Shown: one piece after another, positions 35,916 to 46,395 of the stretch | How the letters are laid out: every line of letters begins with the position of its first letter | How positions within the stretch are numbered: position 1 is the stretch's first letter | NCBI GenBank assembly: GCA_964549615.1 | Contig: CAZJVP010000101.1 | Coordinates: 1-64,000 of the forward strand | DNA length: 64,000 bases | Direction: 5' to 3' | Source: an uncultured Thermococci archaeon | Lineage (GTDB): Archaea; CAYQAE01; CAYVLA01 | Notes under the pieces: model-generated | What the model saw: the letters and a program-made list of their open reading frames with translations, nothing else | What the model was told of the DNA's origin: nothing | The model's database searches: none | Position numbers and translations under genes: made by a program

Positions 35916-38197
35916 GAAGACCCCGCCTCCCACCCCCGCAGGAACCACGTCACCCAGGACCTACAGGTCTCGGTGAACCATCGGGAGGCCATCACTGCAA
36001 GGACAAGGATAGCCAAGTCACCGCTCCCAAGGGTCAGCTCGCTGATGCGGACCGGGCCAACGCTGTAAAGACTGACAGAGCCGTCATCCGATCCAACAGC
36101 GATCACCGACCCATCGGAGGACCAGCTAACACAATTCGCCGCCCTGGAAGGCCCTGCCAACACAACTGCGCAGTCCAACCCTGCGACGGGATCCAAGCGC
36201 CACACCACAGCGCCGGGAAAGCTCAACACGCCGCACTCCGCCAAGAACCTCTGTTCCTCTAGATTCCCAGCCACCCCATAGTCCAGCGTCCCCGCAGCCA
36301 CCGCCAACATCGTCGAGTTAGGTGCCCATGACAGGCATCCAGGCAATGAAAGATGGGAGTGGCGAAGCACAAGCACCGCAAGCCCCTCACCCAACTCAGA
36401 TTGGCGAAGCACAGACCTCTCCCACAGCTCAGATTGGCGAAGCACAAGCCCCCCACCCAACTCAGATGCGCTAGGAAGTCCGCCCCCCATATCAACCTCC
36501 CAAACCACAACCCTGGCCAACCCGCCGATCTTCGCAATCATATCCCAAACATTGCACAAACCAGCAGGAATCTCTTTATCAGTTTCCCGGTCAAATTCAC
36601 TCAGACAGGCCAACTTCGAGCCATCATGCGACCAGGCCACAGACAGCACATTCCTCCAAGCCGGCAAAGAAACAAGGAGAAGGGGCCTCCACGGATCCCA
36701 GATCTGGACACATGAAGGAAGCCCCACCGCCAAATAAGATCCTTCAGGAGACCAGGCCAGGCAAGCAACATCCTCTCCTACTGCATGACTTGACAGCGGC
36801 CCTCCCCCAACGTTGAGGACATCCCATATCTCAACCCCGCCTAGACCTGCAACTGCGAGGATGCTCGGTTCCGGGCTCCACTGCAGCAGGCTTGCACGCT
36901 CAATCCTGGGATATATCCTGTTCACCAAGCTGCCGAACCCTGCGTCCCATATCGACACCTCTCCCCCCTCCGTGCACGTTGCGATCATCCTGGCGTCCGG
37001 GGATACGACAGCATGCTTAAAACGGTTCAACCCATCCAGATCAATCCGGAACTTCTCAGAACCACCCCGCGTAAAAACCCGGACCGGCTCGCCCCACCCC
37101 TCATGCGTTGCAATGATCAGGTCCCCGTCGGGATACCAGTAGACCGTTTTCACAGCCGAACACCAGCCCTGAAATCTTCGAATGAGACTCAGCGATCCCG
37201 ACCCTAAGTCAACCTGCCACAGTTTCACGGTTTGATCCTTGGAACCGGAAACCAGGCGGGATCCGCGCCACGACAAGGATGAGACGGGAAGAGAATGGGC
37301 CGAGATATCCGTGACGACCTCTCGACTTTCGATTCCCCATATCAGGATTCTGCCATCAGAACTGCCCAGGGCCAGGAAATCTCCACCGGGCGACCAGGCC
37401 AGGCTCGTCCCAACAACATCCACAGCACTTAAGGCAATCAGGCTACCGTTGCTGGCGCTGCAAATCCTCAGCAAGCCATTCGCGGCCGTGGCGATGGCGG
37501 TTCCATCAGGCGAGAAGGCTGCCAGCTCTCCGGGAAGCTTGTATACCACTTTTCCTGTGGAGGCGTCGAAGACCTGCGTGTCCCCACTGCCGCTTGCAAG
37601 AATCCTCTTGCCGTCGGCCGACCAATCAACGGTCCCGCCATCGGCGACGCAGAACTGGCCGCCGGTCTTCGAGAAGCATGCGATATGAGTCCGGTTTGCG
37701 ATATCGAAGAGGTGTACGCGGCCAGCGCACCAGCCCAACGCTATCATGGAGCCGTCCGGCGACCACCTTACCGGCCAAGGATCTATGCCCCAGTACGTTC
37801 GAGAGTATGGATAGGCGCCATAGTCGTAGTCAAGTTCAGCAACTGTCAAGAGGTCTGGTACGCGGACGAGTCTGACCTTGCCCAGAGCATTGACAACCAC
37901 GATCATGGATCCGTTTGGCGACCAGGCAAAGCCGGAGAAAGGTAGGCCCTCGGAGCCGGGGAGAAACGAGGCAAGGCTGCCGTCCAGATGCCATAGGTGC
38001 AGCGCTGAATCACTGCAGGTGGCCAAGAAAGGGCCCTGAGGGTCCAGCTCTGCTTTCTGCAGCCAGCCCAGACCTATGACGATCTCCGGGGCGACGATCT
38101 CAGGGGCGGCATATGCGAGAGTGACCTGCATCTCGCGGCCGCTGGAGATGATGAATAGGAAAATCGCCGCAAGAAGGACCAGACCCATCCGGTGCAT
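35912..38197 (-). CDS. Secreted WD40-repeat (double beta-propeller) protein with C-terminal hydrophobic tail
   Basis: Signal peptide, many WSP.G repeats, AH..PV..L.W, GS.DGSV, ISE-hydrophobic C-terminus. Confidence 0.88.
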   Translation of the reverse strand: MHRMGLVLLAAIFLFIISSGREMQVTLAYAAPEIVAPEIVIGLGWLQKAELDPQGPFLATCSDSALHLWHLDGSLASFLPGSEGLPFSGFAWSPNGSMIVVVNALGKVRLVRVPDLLTVAELDYDYGAYPYSRTYWGIDPWPVRWSPDGSMIALGWCAGRVHLFDIANRTHIACFSKTGGQFCVADGGTVDWSADGKRILASGSGDTQVFDASTGKVVYKLPGELAAFSPDGTAIATAANGLLRICSASNGSLIALSAVDVVGTSLAWSPGGDFLALGSSDGRILIWGIESREVVTDISAHSLPVSSLSWRGSRLVSGSKDQTVKLWQVDLGSGSLSLIRRFQGWCSAVKTVYWYPDGDLIIATHEGWGEPVRVFTRGGSEKFRIDLDGLNRFKHAVVSPDARMIATCTEGGEVSIWDAGFGSLVNRIYPRIERASLLQWSPEPSILAVAGLGGVEIWDVLNVGGGPLSSHAVGEDVACLAWSPEGSYLAVGLPSCVQIWDPWRPLLLVSLPAWRNVLSVAWSHDGSKLACLSEFDRETDKEIPAGLCNVWDMIAKIGGLARVVVWEVDMGGGLPSASELGGGLVLRQSELWERSVLRQSELGEGLAVLVLRHSHLSLPGCLSWAPNSTMLAVAAGTLDYGVAGNLEEQRFLAECGVLSFPGAVVWRLDPVAGLDCAVVLAGPSRAANCVSWSSDGSVIAVGSDDGSVSLYSVGPVRISELTLGSGDLAILVLAVMASRWFTETCRSWVTWFLRGWEAGSS
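36360..36467. repeat. In-frame 33/42-bp imperfect tandem repeat inside the WD40 gene
   Basis: TGGCGAAGCACA at 36360, 36402 and 36435; CTCAGAT at 36395, 36428 and 36461. Encodes VLRQSEL/VLRHSH repeats. Confidence 0.8.
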
Positions 38198-38250
38198 GCG
38201 ATCTCAACCCTTTGTCGTTTGGTTACCACGTAGAGGAGCAGTAGGTTTGT

Positions 38251-38934
38251 TCAATACTCAATCCAGCAGTAAGCCCACTCGACATATGGGGGATTGCCCC
38301 ACGAACTCCCTTGCGCGATGGCGTTGGAGTTACTCTGTGACACCCACTTGAACTTCATCCAGATTCTGTAAGAGTGCTCAGCTATCGAATCAAAGGTTCC
38401 GTATCCAGTGACTTGACCCACGTTCCAGATGCCGCCAGGATTGTCCCATCGATAGTAACCTGAGCCAACCTGCCCTCCGGTGGTCAGATCGGTCACTATG
38501 AGATATACGATGAAACACTGCACAGACCCTGACTCCTCGTACGAGGTGCTGTTGTCAAGGTCGAATGTGATCTCGAAGTCAACCGATGTGCTGTGATACA
38601 TCGTGAAATCCCTCCACATAGCAACATCCGCCCACGCTGAATCCCAGACCGCGTCCTTACTCTTCGCCCCGGCGTAAATCTCAGCCTTCTTGGAACTGGT
38701 TTCCTTGGAGTCGTGCCAGATCTCACCCGGGTCCTGGCTGTAGGTGCCTCCGTCGTCAACGCTCATATCTGTCGGGTAGTACCATGTCGTTCGACCTGAC
38801 GGGAAGATAGGCATTTCGAATGGCTTATCGCTCCATGTGATCGTCAACCGCGTCTCTGTTCTTTCTGCTGGGACTGTCGCTGCCAGTAATACGAGGGCAA
38901 TGCACCCTGACACAATCGGGAGAAATTCTTTCAT
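38251..38934 (-). CDS. Secreted hypothetical beta-rich protein (227 aa)
   Basis: Strong SD GGAGGTGA before ATG 38934. Signal peptide MKEFLPIVSGCIALVLLAA. Confidence 0.75.
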   Translation of the reverse strand: MKEFLPIVSGCIALVLLAATVPAERTETRLTITWSDKPFEMPIFPSGRTTWYYPTDMSVDDGGTYSQDPGEIWHDSKETSSKKAEIYAGAKSKDAVWDSAWADVAMWRDFTMYHSTSVDFEITFDLDNSTSYEESGSVQCFIVYLIVTDLTTGGQVGSGYYRWDNPGGIWNVGQVTGYGTFDSIAEHSYRIWMKFKWVSQSNSNAIAQGSSWGNPPYVEWAYCWIEY

Positions 38935-39396
38935 GTTCTCACCTCCTGTTTGGTGGATATTCATACTCTCCCTCCCCCAGTGTGGCGGAGGACTCGATCT
39001 TGTGGACGTTCCCAGGATGAGTATTTGTACGCTACCGCTGGATAAAATGACTAGGTACGGTGAACGCCGTCTGTCTGCGTGCGATCGCGACCCTAATCGG
39101 ACAAGAAGCCTCTCAAATCCAAAGCTTCGGAAATCCATAGGACTACGCGTATCTGGGGGGATGGCTGAACATCCATGCCAAGACCCTCGGGAGCACACTA
39201 TCGACCTCTTCCACATACACCTAGCCAACGAAGGCCGTACAGGCGATCCCTACGACAGGCACTTGGGCAATGGAAACGAAGAGACCTAGGGGAAATCCAC
39301 AAGCAATGGCGAGACCTGAGAATACGTGGCACTCCATTCCGTATAGCGAGACTGTGCCACAGAAGTGCGGCTGGCCGTCACGGCCCGTCGTTTGTT

Positions 39397-40095
39397 TCAG
39401 GGATCTGCGAGCCAGAAGCTCTCGCCGATACTTCCCGGGCTCGTTTCAACCGTAATACCTACCCGGCTGGTGCCCATTTTCGTCAACTCGAGCTGTGCGG
39501 TCCGCAATCTGCTACTCAGCGTAAGCAGCTGGCTTTTCAGCGTTGCAAGCTCTGAATCTTTCTCTAGCAAGGTCATGTTGGCTTGGCCAAGCAAATCCTG
39601 AACACTCATCAAAGCCTCAGAGGTTGTGGAAAGTCTCTGCTCTGCTTGGAGAAGGCTCTCCGTTGCGGTCGCCAGTCGCCCGCGGAGGTCCAACAGTTCG
39701 GCGTCCTTTCCCAGGATATCTGTTCTAAGAGACCTACATGTCTGTGCCCCCAAGTAGGCCGCGGTCAACGCGATGAAGAAACCAACACCTAGGACACCCG
39801 ACAGGGTCCAAGGCAACCTCCACCCCGCTCGGTACCTCCTAGACGGAGGCCTTGGCGGTTCTCGACCCTCTTTCCCCATGAGTGAGTACGATGTTGATGG
39901 AGGCCAACCGGGTATCACGCTCTTTGTAATGGCTCCGGCCTGGACCAGCCTTTTGAGGCGCCTTGACAGCTTCGGTCTGGTCACCTTCAACCCATTCATC
40001 TTTAGGGCTTCCAGAATCTCGTTGAAACCCATCTTGGTCCCTTCGCGCAGGATACGAAGGATGGCTAACTCCAACTGGTCATATTCGACAGGCAT
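39397..40095 (-). CDS. Winged-HTH (HxlR/ArsR-like) + TM + coiled-coil protein
   Basis: GFNEIL...LSRRLKRLVQAGAI.K.V....PP.TSYSL, one TM segment, heptad coiled coil. Confidence 0.7.
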   Translation of the reverse strand: MPVEYDQLELAILRILREGTKMGFNEILEALKMNGLKVTRPKLSRRLKRLVQAGAITKSVIPGWPPSTSYSLMGKEGREPPRPPSRRYRAGWRLPWTLSGVLGVGFFIALTAAYLGAQTCRSLRTDILGKDAELLDLRGRLATATESLLQAEQRLSTTSEALMSVQDLLGQANMTLLEKDSELATLKSQLLTLSSRLRTAQLELTKMGTSRVGITVETSPGSIGESFWLADP

Positions 40096-40639
40096 GGAGA
40101 CCTATACGTTCTGGTCACTAATAAAAACTAGGTACGATGCCAATCATCTCATGTAGGGCCTCTTTCGGACGCTCTGGATCTCACACACCCATCCTTACGA
40201 ATGCAGACAGGAGCATTGGCTCGACCAAGGAGGGTTTGACTGGATAGCAGATGCTGGAGGGCTAAGGTCTCTCGGCTTATGCTGACGCTCCCTCCAGGTC
40301 TGGAACTCGCCTTGCGATGTCTCTTCCACGCTTTCGGAGCAAGTGTTCCCAGAGGCGCATCCCTTGCGTGAGCGAACGCTCGGGAGTACATCCCTTGCCC
40401 CGCTACTGAAGAAGTAGCTTTGCAAAGAGGCCGCGTATTGTCGTCCGGGTCCTCAAGCGATGGAACGCAGGATGGCCTTGGATCAGAAGAAATCGAAAAA
40501 ACGAAAAGAGCATCGAGGACCCAACTGGGTATGTATTCGCTCGCTACAGGCAGTAGGTTCCACCGTGCCCACATTATTTGCTATCCGAAACCGCTGATCT
40601 TTGCAGTGGCGCGAACCACATTGTTCTGTGCCTTCTGCC

Positions 40640-40900
40640 GCCAAAGACAGAGGAGAACCGAGGCCGTGGTAAGAGGTACCTTCACCTCTTGGAAGACCCC
40701 GATGTGGGCAGGCGGAAACCGAGATTCTGCAAACCTTTAGGGGCATGGAGGTTGACTTGGAGCATATCAAGCTTCGGCACAGTGTGGAGCAGGTTCGCCA
40801 AGAAGACCTCTTACCTTCGGAAACCCGGAACCTTGAGCAGGCTCCCGAGGAGTTGTCCCACGCTGCCGGCCCTTATCAGTGCAGCCGCCGTAAGAACCAA
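40640..40900 (+). pseudogene. Possible relic of the N-terminus of an archaeal tyrosine integrase
   Basis: KRYLHLLEDPDV followed by GSPR../YLRK.G fragments resembles, from memory, N-termini of archaeal site-specific integrases. No catalytic domain is visible. Confidence 0.3.
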
Positions 40901-41016
40901 CCCCCTTGCGGAAACAAGGAGTCTGAGCCAGCAGCAGGGAGCTGGTATCTGAGATCACGACCCGCTTGACCTTGGGCTGTGACGAGGACGCGAGTTGCAG
41001 TGTGGCCCTGGAGAAA

Positions 41017-41352
41017 CTAGGAGCCACGGACCTTCGCTATTTCACTTTTCAGGCGTGGGATGTCCTCCTCAACGATCTTCCAGATTCTCTCCAGGTTCAC
41101 GCCGAAATAGGCGTGGATGAGGACATCTCTCATCCCGGCGATCTTTTTCCATGGGATCTCGGGATACCTGTTCTTGAACTCGTCCGGAATGTTCTTCGCA
41201 GCCTCGCCCATTATCTCCAATCGCCTGAGGACGGCGTCTTGAACCTGGGTATTGCTGAAGAAATCATCCCTTGAAACTCCCTTGGTGTATTCCTCGATCT
41301 TGGAGATACTCTCCTGGATGTCCTCGATGTATACTTTCACGTCCCTCTTCAC
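41017..41352 (-). CDS. hepT: HepT-like (DUF86) HEPN RNase toxin
   Basis: [31 protein letters not shown] (R-x4-H). Confidence 0.93.
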   Translation of the reverse strand: MKRDVKVYIEDIQESISKIEEYTKGVSRDDFFSNTQVQDAVLRRLEIMGEAAKNIPDEFKNRYPEIPWKKIAGMRDVLIHAYFGVNLERIWKIVEEDIPRLKSEIAKVRGS

Positions 41353-41636
41353 AGGATTTCCACCTGCTCGGCCAGTATTCTCTCCCTGAGAAGGGGCTTG
41401 ATCGTGCTATACTCAACCAGGTCGACCTCCCGCCCCAAAGCTTGCTCTATCTCCAGCTTGAGCCCGATGAAGTCGAGCAGGCTCATGTCGCTCTCGATAT
41501 CCACCAGGATGTCGATGTCGCTGTCTTCCCTTGCCTCCCCCCTGACCACGGAGCCGAATATCCCCGCCCTCTTGACCCGATTGCGGCGAAGGATTGGGAG
41601 AATCTTCTGTCTTATCTCCTCTACTTGCCCCTCCAT
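41349..41636 (-). CDS. mntA: MntA-type minimal nucleotidyltransferase antitoxin
   Basis: [30 protein letters not shown] overlap with hepT. Confidence 0.93.
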   Translation of the reverse strand: MEGQVEEIRQKILPILRRNRVKRAGIFGSVVRGEAREDSDIDILVDIESDMSLLDFIGLKLEIEQALGREVDLVEYSTIKPLLRERILAEQVEIL

Positions 41637-42424
41637 TTCGATCAATCTTCCATGCTGGTTGTGGTAGAAAACGCTTTTGCACCTTTCACCCTTCGACGAT
41701 TCCATGTCCCCATCTCCTAAGCGGAAAGTCCGCCAGAGACCCATCCGTCCCTGCTCGGCCCGCCAGAGCGACGCATTCTGGACATGGCTGGCCAACCCCC
41801 GGGAGCGACCGCAGAATGCTGTGGATAGGAAGAGTCTCTTGGTCTTGGCGCCTAAGGGTCTAACCCTAACTCCTTGTGGTTCCCCATTCCTGAGAATCCA
41901 GGAGCGGAATTTCTTTTTGTGCGGTGTGTGCTGTTTCGATGTGCCTTTTGCCTGATGGGCTTAACGATGCCTCGGCGTGGGCCCGTAGGTTTCCTCTCAA
42001 CAGTCGGGAGATCGTCTCTCCAATACGCATGCAATCTCCTTATCCTAACCTCCGTATCCAGTGCAGAAGGTCAGATCCCGGATGGTCCCGATGAATGACA
42101 TGTCGCGGCGCAGGTCAAACAAACCAAAATCGAATCATGGCCACGCCAGATACGAATTCGCTCCCTGCGGGGGCCGCGCCGCGCCGGGCCCGCCATCTCT
42201 CGTTGGCTTCATCGGCCGGAATACTACTTCACAGGACCGAAGAAGGCAGACTAGGTCATGATAGGAGCTCCCTGGTGAATGTCTTCTTGCCAATCCCTAG
42301 GTGGGAGCAAGATCTTCCGGTCGGCAGCGTTCCACGAGGTTGAACGGCTGCGCCGGCCACAAGTTGAACCGTTCCATGTTATCTATTAGTATCGTTTCGT
42401 GGCATGTAACGGCGAGGCAGCGAG

Positions 42425-43465
42425 ATGAAGCACCTTGTGGGAACATGGATCTGCCTGATATTAGGACTGGTCGTCCCCGCCGCACTCTGCCTGCCGCCGG
42501 CCGAGGACGTGAACAAGATAGCCCTTGAGTACGTCCGTTCCTCCCAAAACTACCTGGATAACGGGGGCTTTGGCGAGATCGTGACCGCGACGAGGCTCGG
42601 GGAGAAGGTCTGCGTGGTCGTTGTGGAGTACCAGACCAGGCACGTCGGGATGCTCCAGGTCATTGGGCGGTTCGCCAGTTACATAACCATAGACTCGACC
42701 ACGCTGCAGGTGGTAGAGGCAACTACCGAGGACATCACCGGCCGGGGCGATGAGCCGGGCTCCGGGTCGACTGAGCCGGGGAACGTCAGCGGCGACGAGC
42801 CGGTCCTCATCTCCCCGGGCGAGGAGGAATCCTACCGCTATAAGATATCCTACACGATCAACGAGACGAGGGAGATGATCGCCAAGCAAGGGATGGAAGA
42901 AAACCTGTCGGATGTCCTGGCTCTGCTGGACCGGGCCCAAGCCCTGCTCGACGGCGGGGAATACGACGAGGCCTTGCAGGTGGTGTTGGATGCGAGGGCG
43001 ATTGCGGAGGAGTTCATCTACGGCACCCCGGTCGATGAGCCTGGCGAAGAGCCTGGGAGCCCTAGCGAGGCGGAGATGCCGTGGCTGTACGGATACATCG
43101 TGGTCTTCGATCACGAGCCGACAGGAGACGATTGGGAGAGGCTGAGACAGATGTTCAATGCAACCTTGATCGCCAAGGCAAGCGTCAGCGTCGATGAGAA
43201 TTACTCCTACTGGGTAAGGGTTTCCGGGGTTTCACCGGACGAGCTCAGGAAGGTGGAGGGCATCAAGGATGTGCTGGCGTTAAGGGGAGATCTGATCAAC
43301 CCAGCGGAGGGCCACACGGATGTCCCCGAGCTTCCCGTGCCGGCGTCGGTCATGGCCGGAGCTTTGACGATCATGGGATTTCGCAGGCGCTGGGCCGTCC
43401 GGTCTCTTAGAGGCCCTGCCGCCTCCCCGGCCTCCGCAGTTGGAGTTGGTCAAAAAGAATTATAA
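42425..43465 (+). CDS. Secreted hypothetical protein with C-terminal VPE-TM-basic anchor
   Basis: Signal peptide, acidic linkers, ...TDVPELPVPASVMAGALTIMGFRRRW. Confidence 0.78.
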   Translation: MKHLVGTWICLILGLVVPAALCLPPAEDVNKIALEYVRSSQNYLDNGGFGEIVTATRLGEKVCVVVVEYQTRHVGMLQVIGRFASYITIDSTTLQVVEATTEDITGRGDEPGSGSTEPGNVSGDEPVLISPGEEESYRYKISYTINETREMIAKQGMEENLSDVLALLDRAQALLDGGEYDEALQVVLDARAIAEEFIYGTPVDEPGEEPGSPSEAEMPWLYGYIVVFDHEPTGDDWERLRQMFNATLIAKASVSVDENYSYWVRVSGVSPDELRKVEGIKDVLALRGDLINPAEGHTDVPELPVPASVMAGALTIMGFRRRWAVRSLRGPAASPASAVGVGQKEL

Positions 43466-43489
43466 CGACCGCCGAGGCCGGTTAGGTCG

Positions 43490-44689
43490 ATGAGCCGAAG
43501 GTTCGAGGCGTCCCTCCTTTTGATTTTGTTGGCGATGCTGACACTTCGACCCGGCTTAGGCAGGCAAGCCGCCACCGATCCGGACAGCGGGCGCATCCGG
43601 GTGATCTACTTCGGCGACTCATGGGGGGTGTTAAGCCCCTACCAGTACCTCGTCCGCGACCCGATGCTTGCGGTGACGCCGGTGCCGGCGTCCTCAACCC
43701 ACCTCGGAGGCGTGCCTAATGCCTCCCGGTACATAAGGCTACACATGCCTAGGACGTTCGAGCTTCTGACATCTAGGTTCGACGTCATCATCCTGAGCGA
43801 CACCGTCAAGGCCTACTACACCCCGACGCAGCTGAACTGGTTCAGGGACGCGGTGAAGGATCGCGGCCGGGGTCTGCTGATGGTGGGCGGAAGGGAGGTG
43901 CAGACGGGTGAATGGTGGGCCAACCCTGTCGAGGAAGCCCTGCCGGTGGACTGGGTTCCGGGACAGACCTACGAGAAGCTCTTCAGGGCCTACCCAACGG
44001 ACCTTGATAGCGCGTTCCTCAAGTCGCTGCCGTGGGACAGCCTGCCGCCCTACCTTGGCATGAACCTTGCCAAGCTTAAGTCCGGGGCAAGCCTCCTTTT
44101 GCGATCCGACGTGCAGGACTACCCGGTCTTGGCTTTCTGGGAGTATGGAAGCGGTGCCGGCGTGGCCCACACCCCGGACTGGACCCCTGCTTGGGGTGGG
44201 CAGATCTGGCAGTGGGAGTTCTACGGCGATTTCGTGGCAAACCTCATGTATCTCGCTTCCGGCGCAGAGATCCCGGCGGATCCTTTGATGATGCGGGACA
44301 TCAGGGAGGAGTTCTACCGCTTCGACATACAGCGCGGGATAATTACAGGGATGCTGGAGTTCGTCGAGAAGTTTGGGGCAAACGTCGGCCCCCTCGAGGA
44401 CAAGCTCTTGGAGATCGACGCCGCGAAACAGGAAGCGACGCGCCTCTACGTGAAACAGGAGTACGGACAGGTTCTGGAAACGATGAGGGCCGCCAGAGCC
44501 GAGCTTGACGGCGTTCTCGACCTTGCGCTTATGACCAAGGACAGAGCCCTGCTCTGGATCTACATCTCGGAGGCGATGGCCGTGACCGGCACTTCCTTGG
44601 TCTGCGGCATCGCGATATGGCTTCTCATGGTCAGGCGTAGGCTCTACAAAGCCGTGGGGACTACCCGTATGCTCGGCCGGGCCAGTTGA
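43490..44689 (+). CDS. Secreted, membrane-anchored GATase1/DUF1355-like protein (paralog 3 of 5)
   Basis: GRIRVIYFGD, IRLHMPRT, FDVIILSD, GLLMVGG, EEALPV, FVEKFGAN, KDRALLWIY-TM-RRRLYK. TATA ATTATAA about 25 nt upstream. Confidence 0.85.
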   Translation: MSRRFEASLLLILLAMLTLRPGLGRQAATDPDSGRIRVIYFGDSWGVLSPYQYLVRDPMLAVTPVPASSTHLGGVPNASRYIRLHMPRTFELLTSRFDVIILSDTVKAYYTPTQLNWFRDAVKDRGRGLLMVGGREVQTGEWWANPVEEALPVDWVPGQTYEKLFRAYPTDLDSAFLKSLPWDSLPPYLGMNLAKLKSGASLLLRSDVQDYPVLAFWEYGSGAGVAHTPDWTPAWGGQIWQWEFYGDFVANLMYLASGAEIPADPLMMRDIREEFYRFDIQRGIITGMLEFVEKFGANVGPLEDKLLEIDAAKQEATRLYVKQEYGQVLETMRAARAELDGVLDLALMTKDRALLWIYISEAMAVTGTSLVCGIAIWLLMVRRRLYKAVGTTRMLGRAS

Positions 44690-44876
44690 GCGCGGTCCAG
44701 ACGGCGCTTTTGCCTCCGGTTCATGCGCCGGATAAGTGTCCTGAACCCGGCGGAGGCCTCGGTTGGAGTCGGGTGGGAAAGCCATCGACCCTGCCTTTCG
44801 CGTGGGGACGTCAGGGTGCATTGGGCCTGCCCTGCGGCCAGCGGGCCGAGCGCTCAGGTCACGCACTCCCGTGCAT

Positions 44877-45330
44877 CTACCTCTTGGTCTTCAGGTTGGA
44901 TATCGCCACGGGCCCAGCGACAAGCAAAGGCAGGCAGGCCGCAGGCACGCGGGCGCATGGGTCAAGGGATATCACGGACCATGATCCCTTCAAATCTTCT
45001 AGGGAGTCCATCGGCGCTCCGGCCACGACCGGCGGTAGAGCACCATGTACCCCGTTCGCTTGCCGGAGGAACGACGTCCACGTGCAGAAGGCGGATGTCC
45101 CCCACAGCCCTGCCTGCTGATGCCACGCCGATCAGGGTCGTCCCAACCGCTGCAAGCACGAAGCTGGCGGGCTGTGGCGGGGCATCACCATGTAGATGAG
45201 GGTCGGCGGAATCATGAGGTAGATCGTGGTGAGCGCCACGGACTTGCTGCTCGCCCGGTCAGCCGTCCATCCCCAAAGGTATGCGGAGAGCAGCCCAGCC
45301 TTTCGACGCGTCGGCGTTCGATCTTGGCCA
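44877..45330 (-). pseudogene. Decayed MFS transporter fragment
   Basis: Frame-broken hydrophobic helices including GLLSAYLWGWTADRASSKSV (MFS motif A-like). Confidence 0.5.
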
Positions 45331-45341
45331 GATGGCGCTGG

Positions 45342-45587
45342 TCAATCCCATCTTTCCGGATACAGAGTCCTATAGCCCGGGAGAAGGATGCTTGCGACGA
45401 ATCCAAGCTCGCCGATGTGCTGACAGATCCTGTCGGCCCATATGCGCTTCCTCTCCGGGTTGCCGTTGGCGGCAACATCGAGCACGTAGGTTCTGTGTCT
45501 GGGGGACTCGCCCGCTATCCTTCCGTAGCCTTGCAGGGCGCTCCTGACATGCGGGCCCATTTCGCGGACCTCGACGATGATTCTCAA
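45342..45587 (-). CDS. Small hypothetical protein
   Basis: 81-aa ORF co-oriented just downstream of the nitroreductase. No recognisable motif. Confidence 0.3.
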   Translation of the reverse strand: MRIIVEVREMGPHVRSALQGYGRIAGESPRHRTYVLDVAANGNPERKRIWADRICQHIGELGFVASILLPGYRTLYPERWD

Positions 45588-45624
45588 GCCAACCGCCGAC
45601 CCTGAGAAATCGATCTGGCGGGGA

Positions 45625-46119
45625 TCATTTGACCGTCTCGAAGCTTACGACCTGATCAAAAGGCCTGCGCTCCGGGGCATCCGGCTTCTCCGCGGCATAC
45701 CCGACCGATATGACCGCGACCGGCTTCCAGCCATCCGGGGCCTTCAAAAGCCGGCAGATTGCCTCGTCGTCGAAGGATCCGTTCCAGCAGGTCGCTAGGC
45801 CCTCCTCGTGCGCGGTCAGGAGCATGTTCTGTATGGCGGCGGCCGTCTCTTGGATCGAGTATAGCTCCGCGTCGCGCCTGCTCGCCCCCTTCAGGTCGGC
45901 GAAGACCACGATGTTGACCGGCGCCTGCGCGATGTGGCGCTGACTGGAGATCGCCCTCTTGGTGTCCCCATTCCTTACCACCACGAATCTCCACCTCTCA
46001 TTTGCGCAAGGGGCCCAAAGCCCTGCGTCGATGATTCGCTTGATCTTCTCGTCCTCGACCGGGGCATCCCTGTATTTCCTCACGGATCTCCTGTTCCTTA
46101 TAGCATCCTGCAGCTCCAT
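45625..46119 (-). CDS. Nitroreductase family protein
   Basis: AIRNRRSVRKY, APC....W.FVVV, AIQNMLLTAHEEGLATCW. Alternative GTG start at 46182. Confidence 0.92.
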   Translation of the reverse strand: MELQDAIRNRRSVRKYRDAPVEDEKIKRIIDAGLWAPCANERWRFVVVRNGDTKRAISSQRHIAQAPVNIVVFADLKGASRRDAELYSIQETAAAIQNMLLTAHEEGLATCWNGSFDDEAICRLLKAPDGWKPVAVISVGYAAEKPDAPERRPFDQVVSFETVK

Positions 46120-46395
46120 CCCTTCACGCCTCCGAAGCTCGTGCGTTATGGCCTCCTCGTCGGGTGTAGATCTCGCCGTCACACGGTCGTCGTTGCGGCA
46201 CGCAACCTATCGTTTCCGTCTCTTAAAACTGATTGCGGAGGGGCTCGCCTTATCGGGCCGGTCCTAGCGCCTAGGCTTGAGCTCACCTTGCAAAAGCAGT
46301 TCATCGCGCAACACGGATTCCTACCTCTCACTCCTTGGGGACGGGCAATTCCTGGGTCGAGGAAGATTTAAGATGCCGCTGACGACTGGCTTAAC

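Larger units (their letters stand above)
35411..42191. mobile_element. Putative decayed tRNA-integrated island (~6.8 kb)
   Basis: Starts at the tRNA 3' end. CGCCGGGCCC recurs at 42182-42191, followed by GCCA. GC looks lower by eye. Contains a TA pair, HTH genes and a possible integrase relic. Confidence 0.45.

Noticed and set aside
36360-36467. CRISPR array
   Set aside because: The units are imperfect, in-frame and intragenic, with no unique spacers. No cas genes or true arrays were seen in the window.
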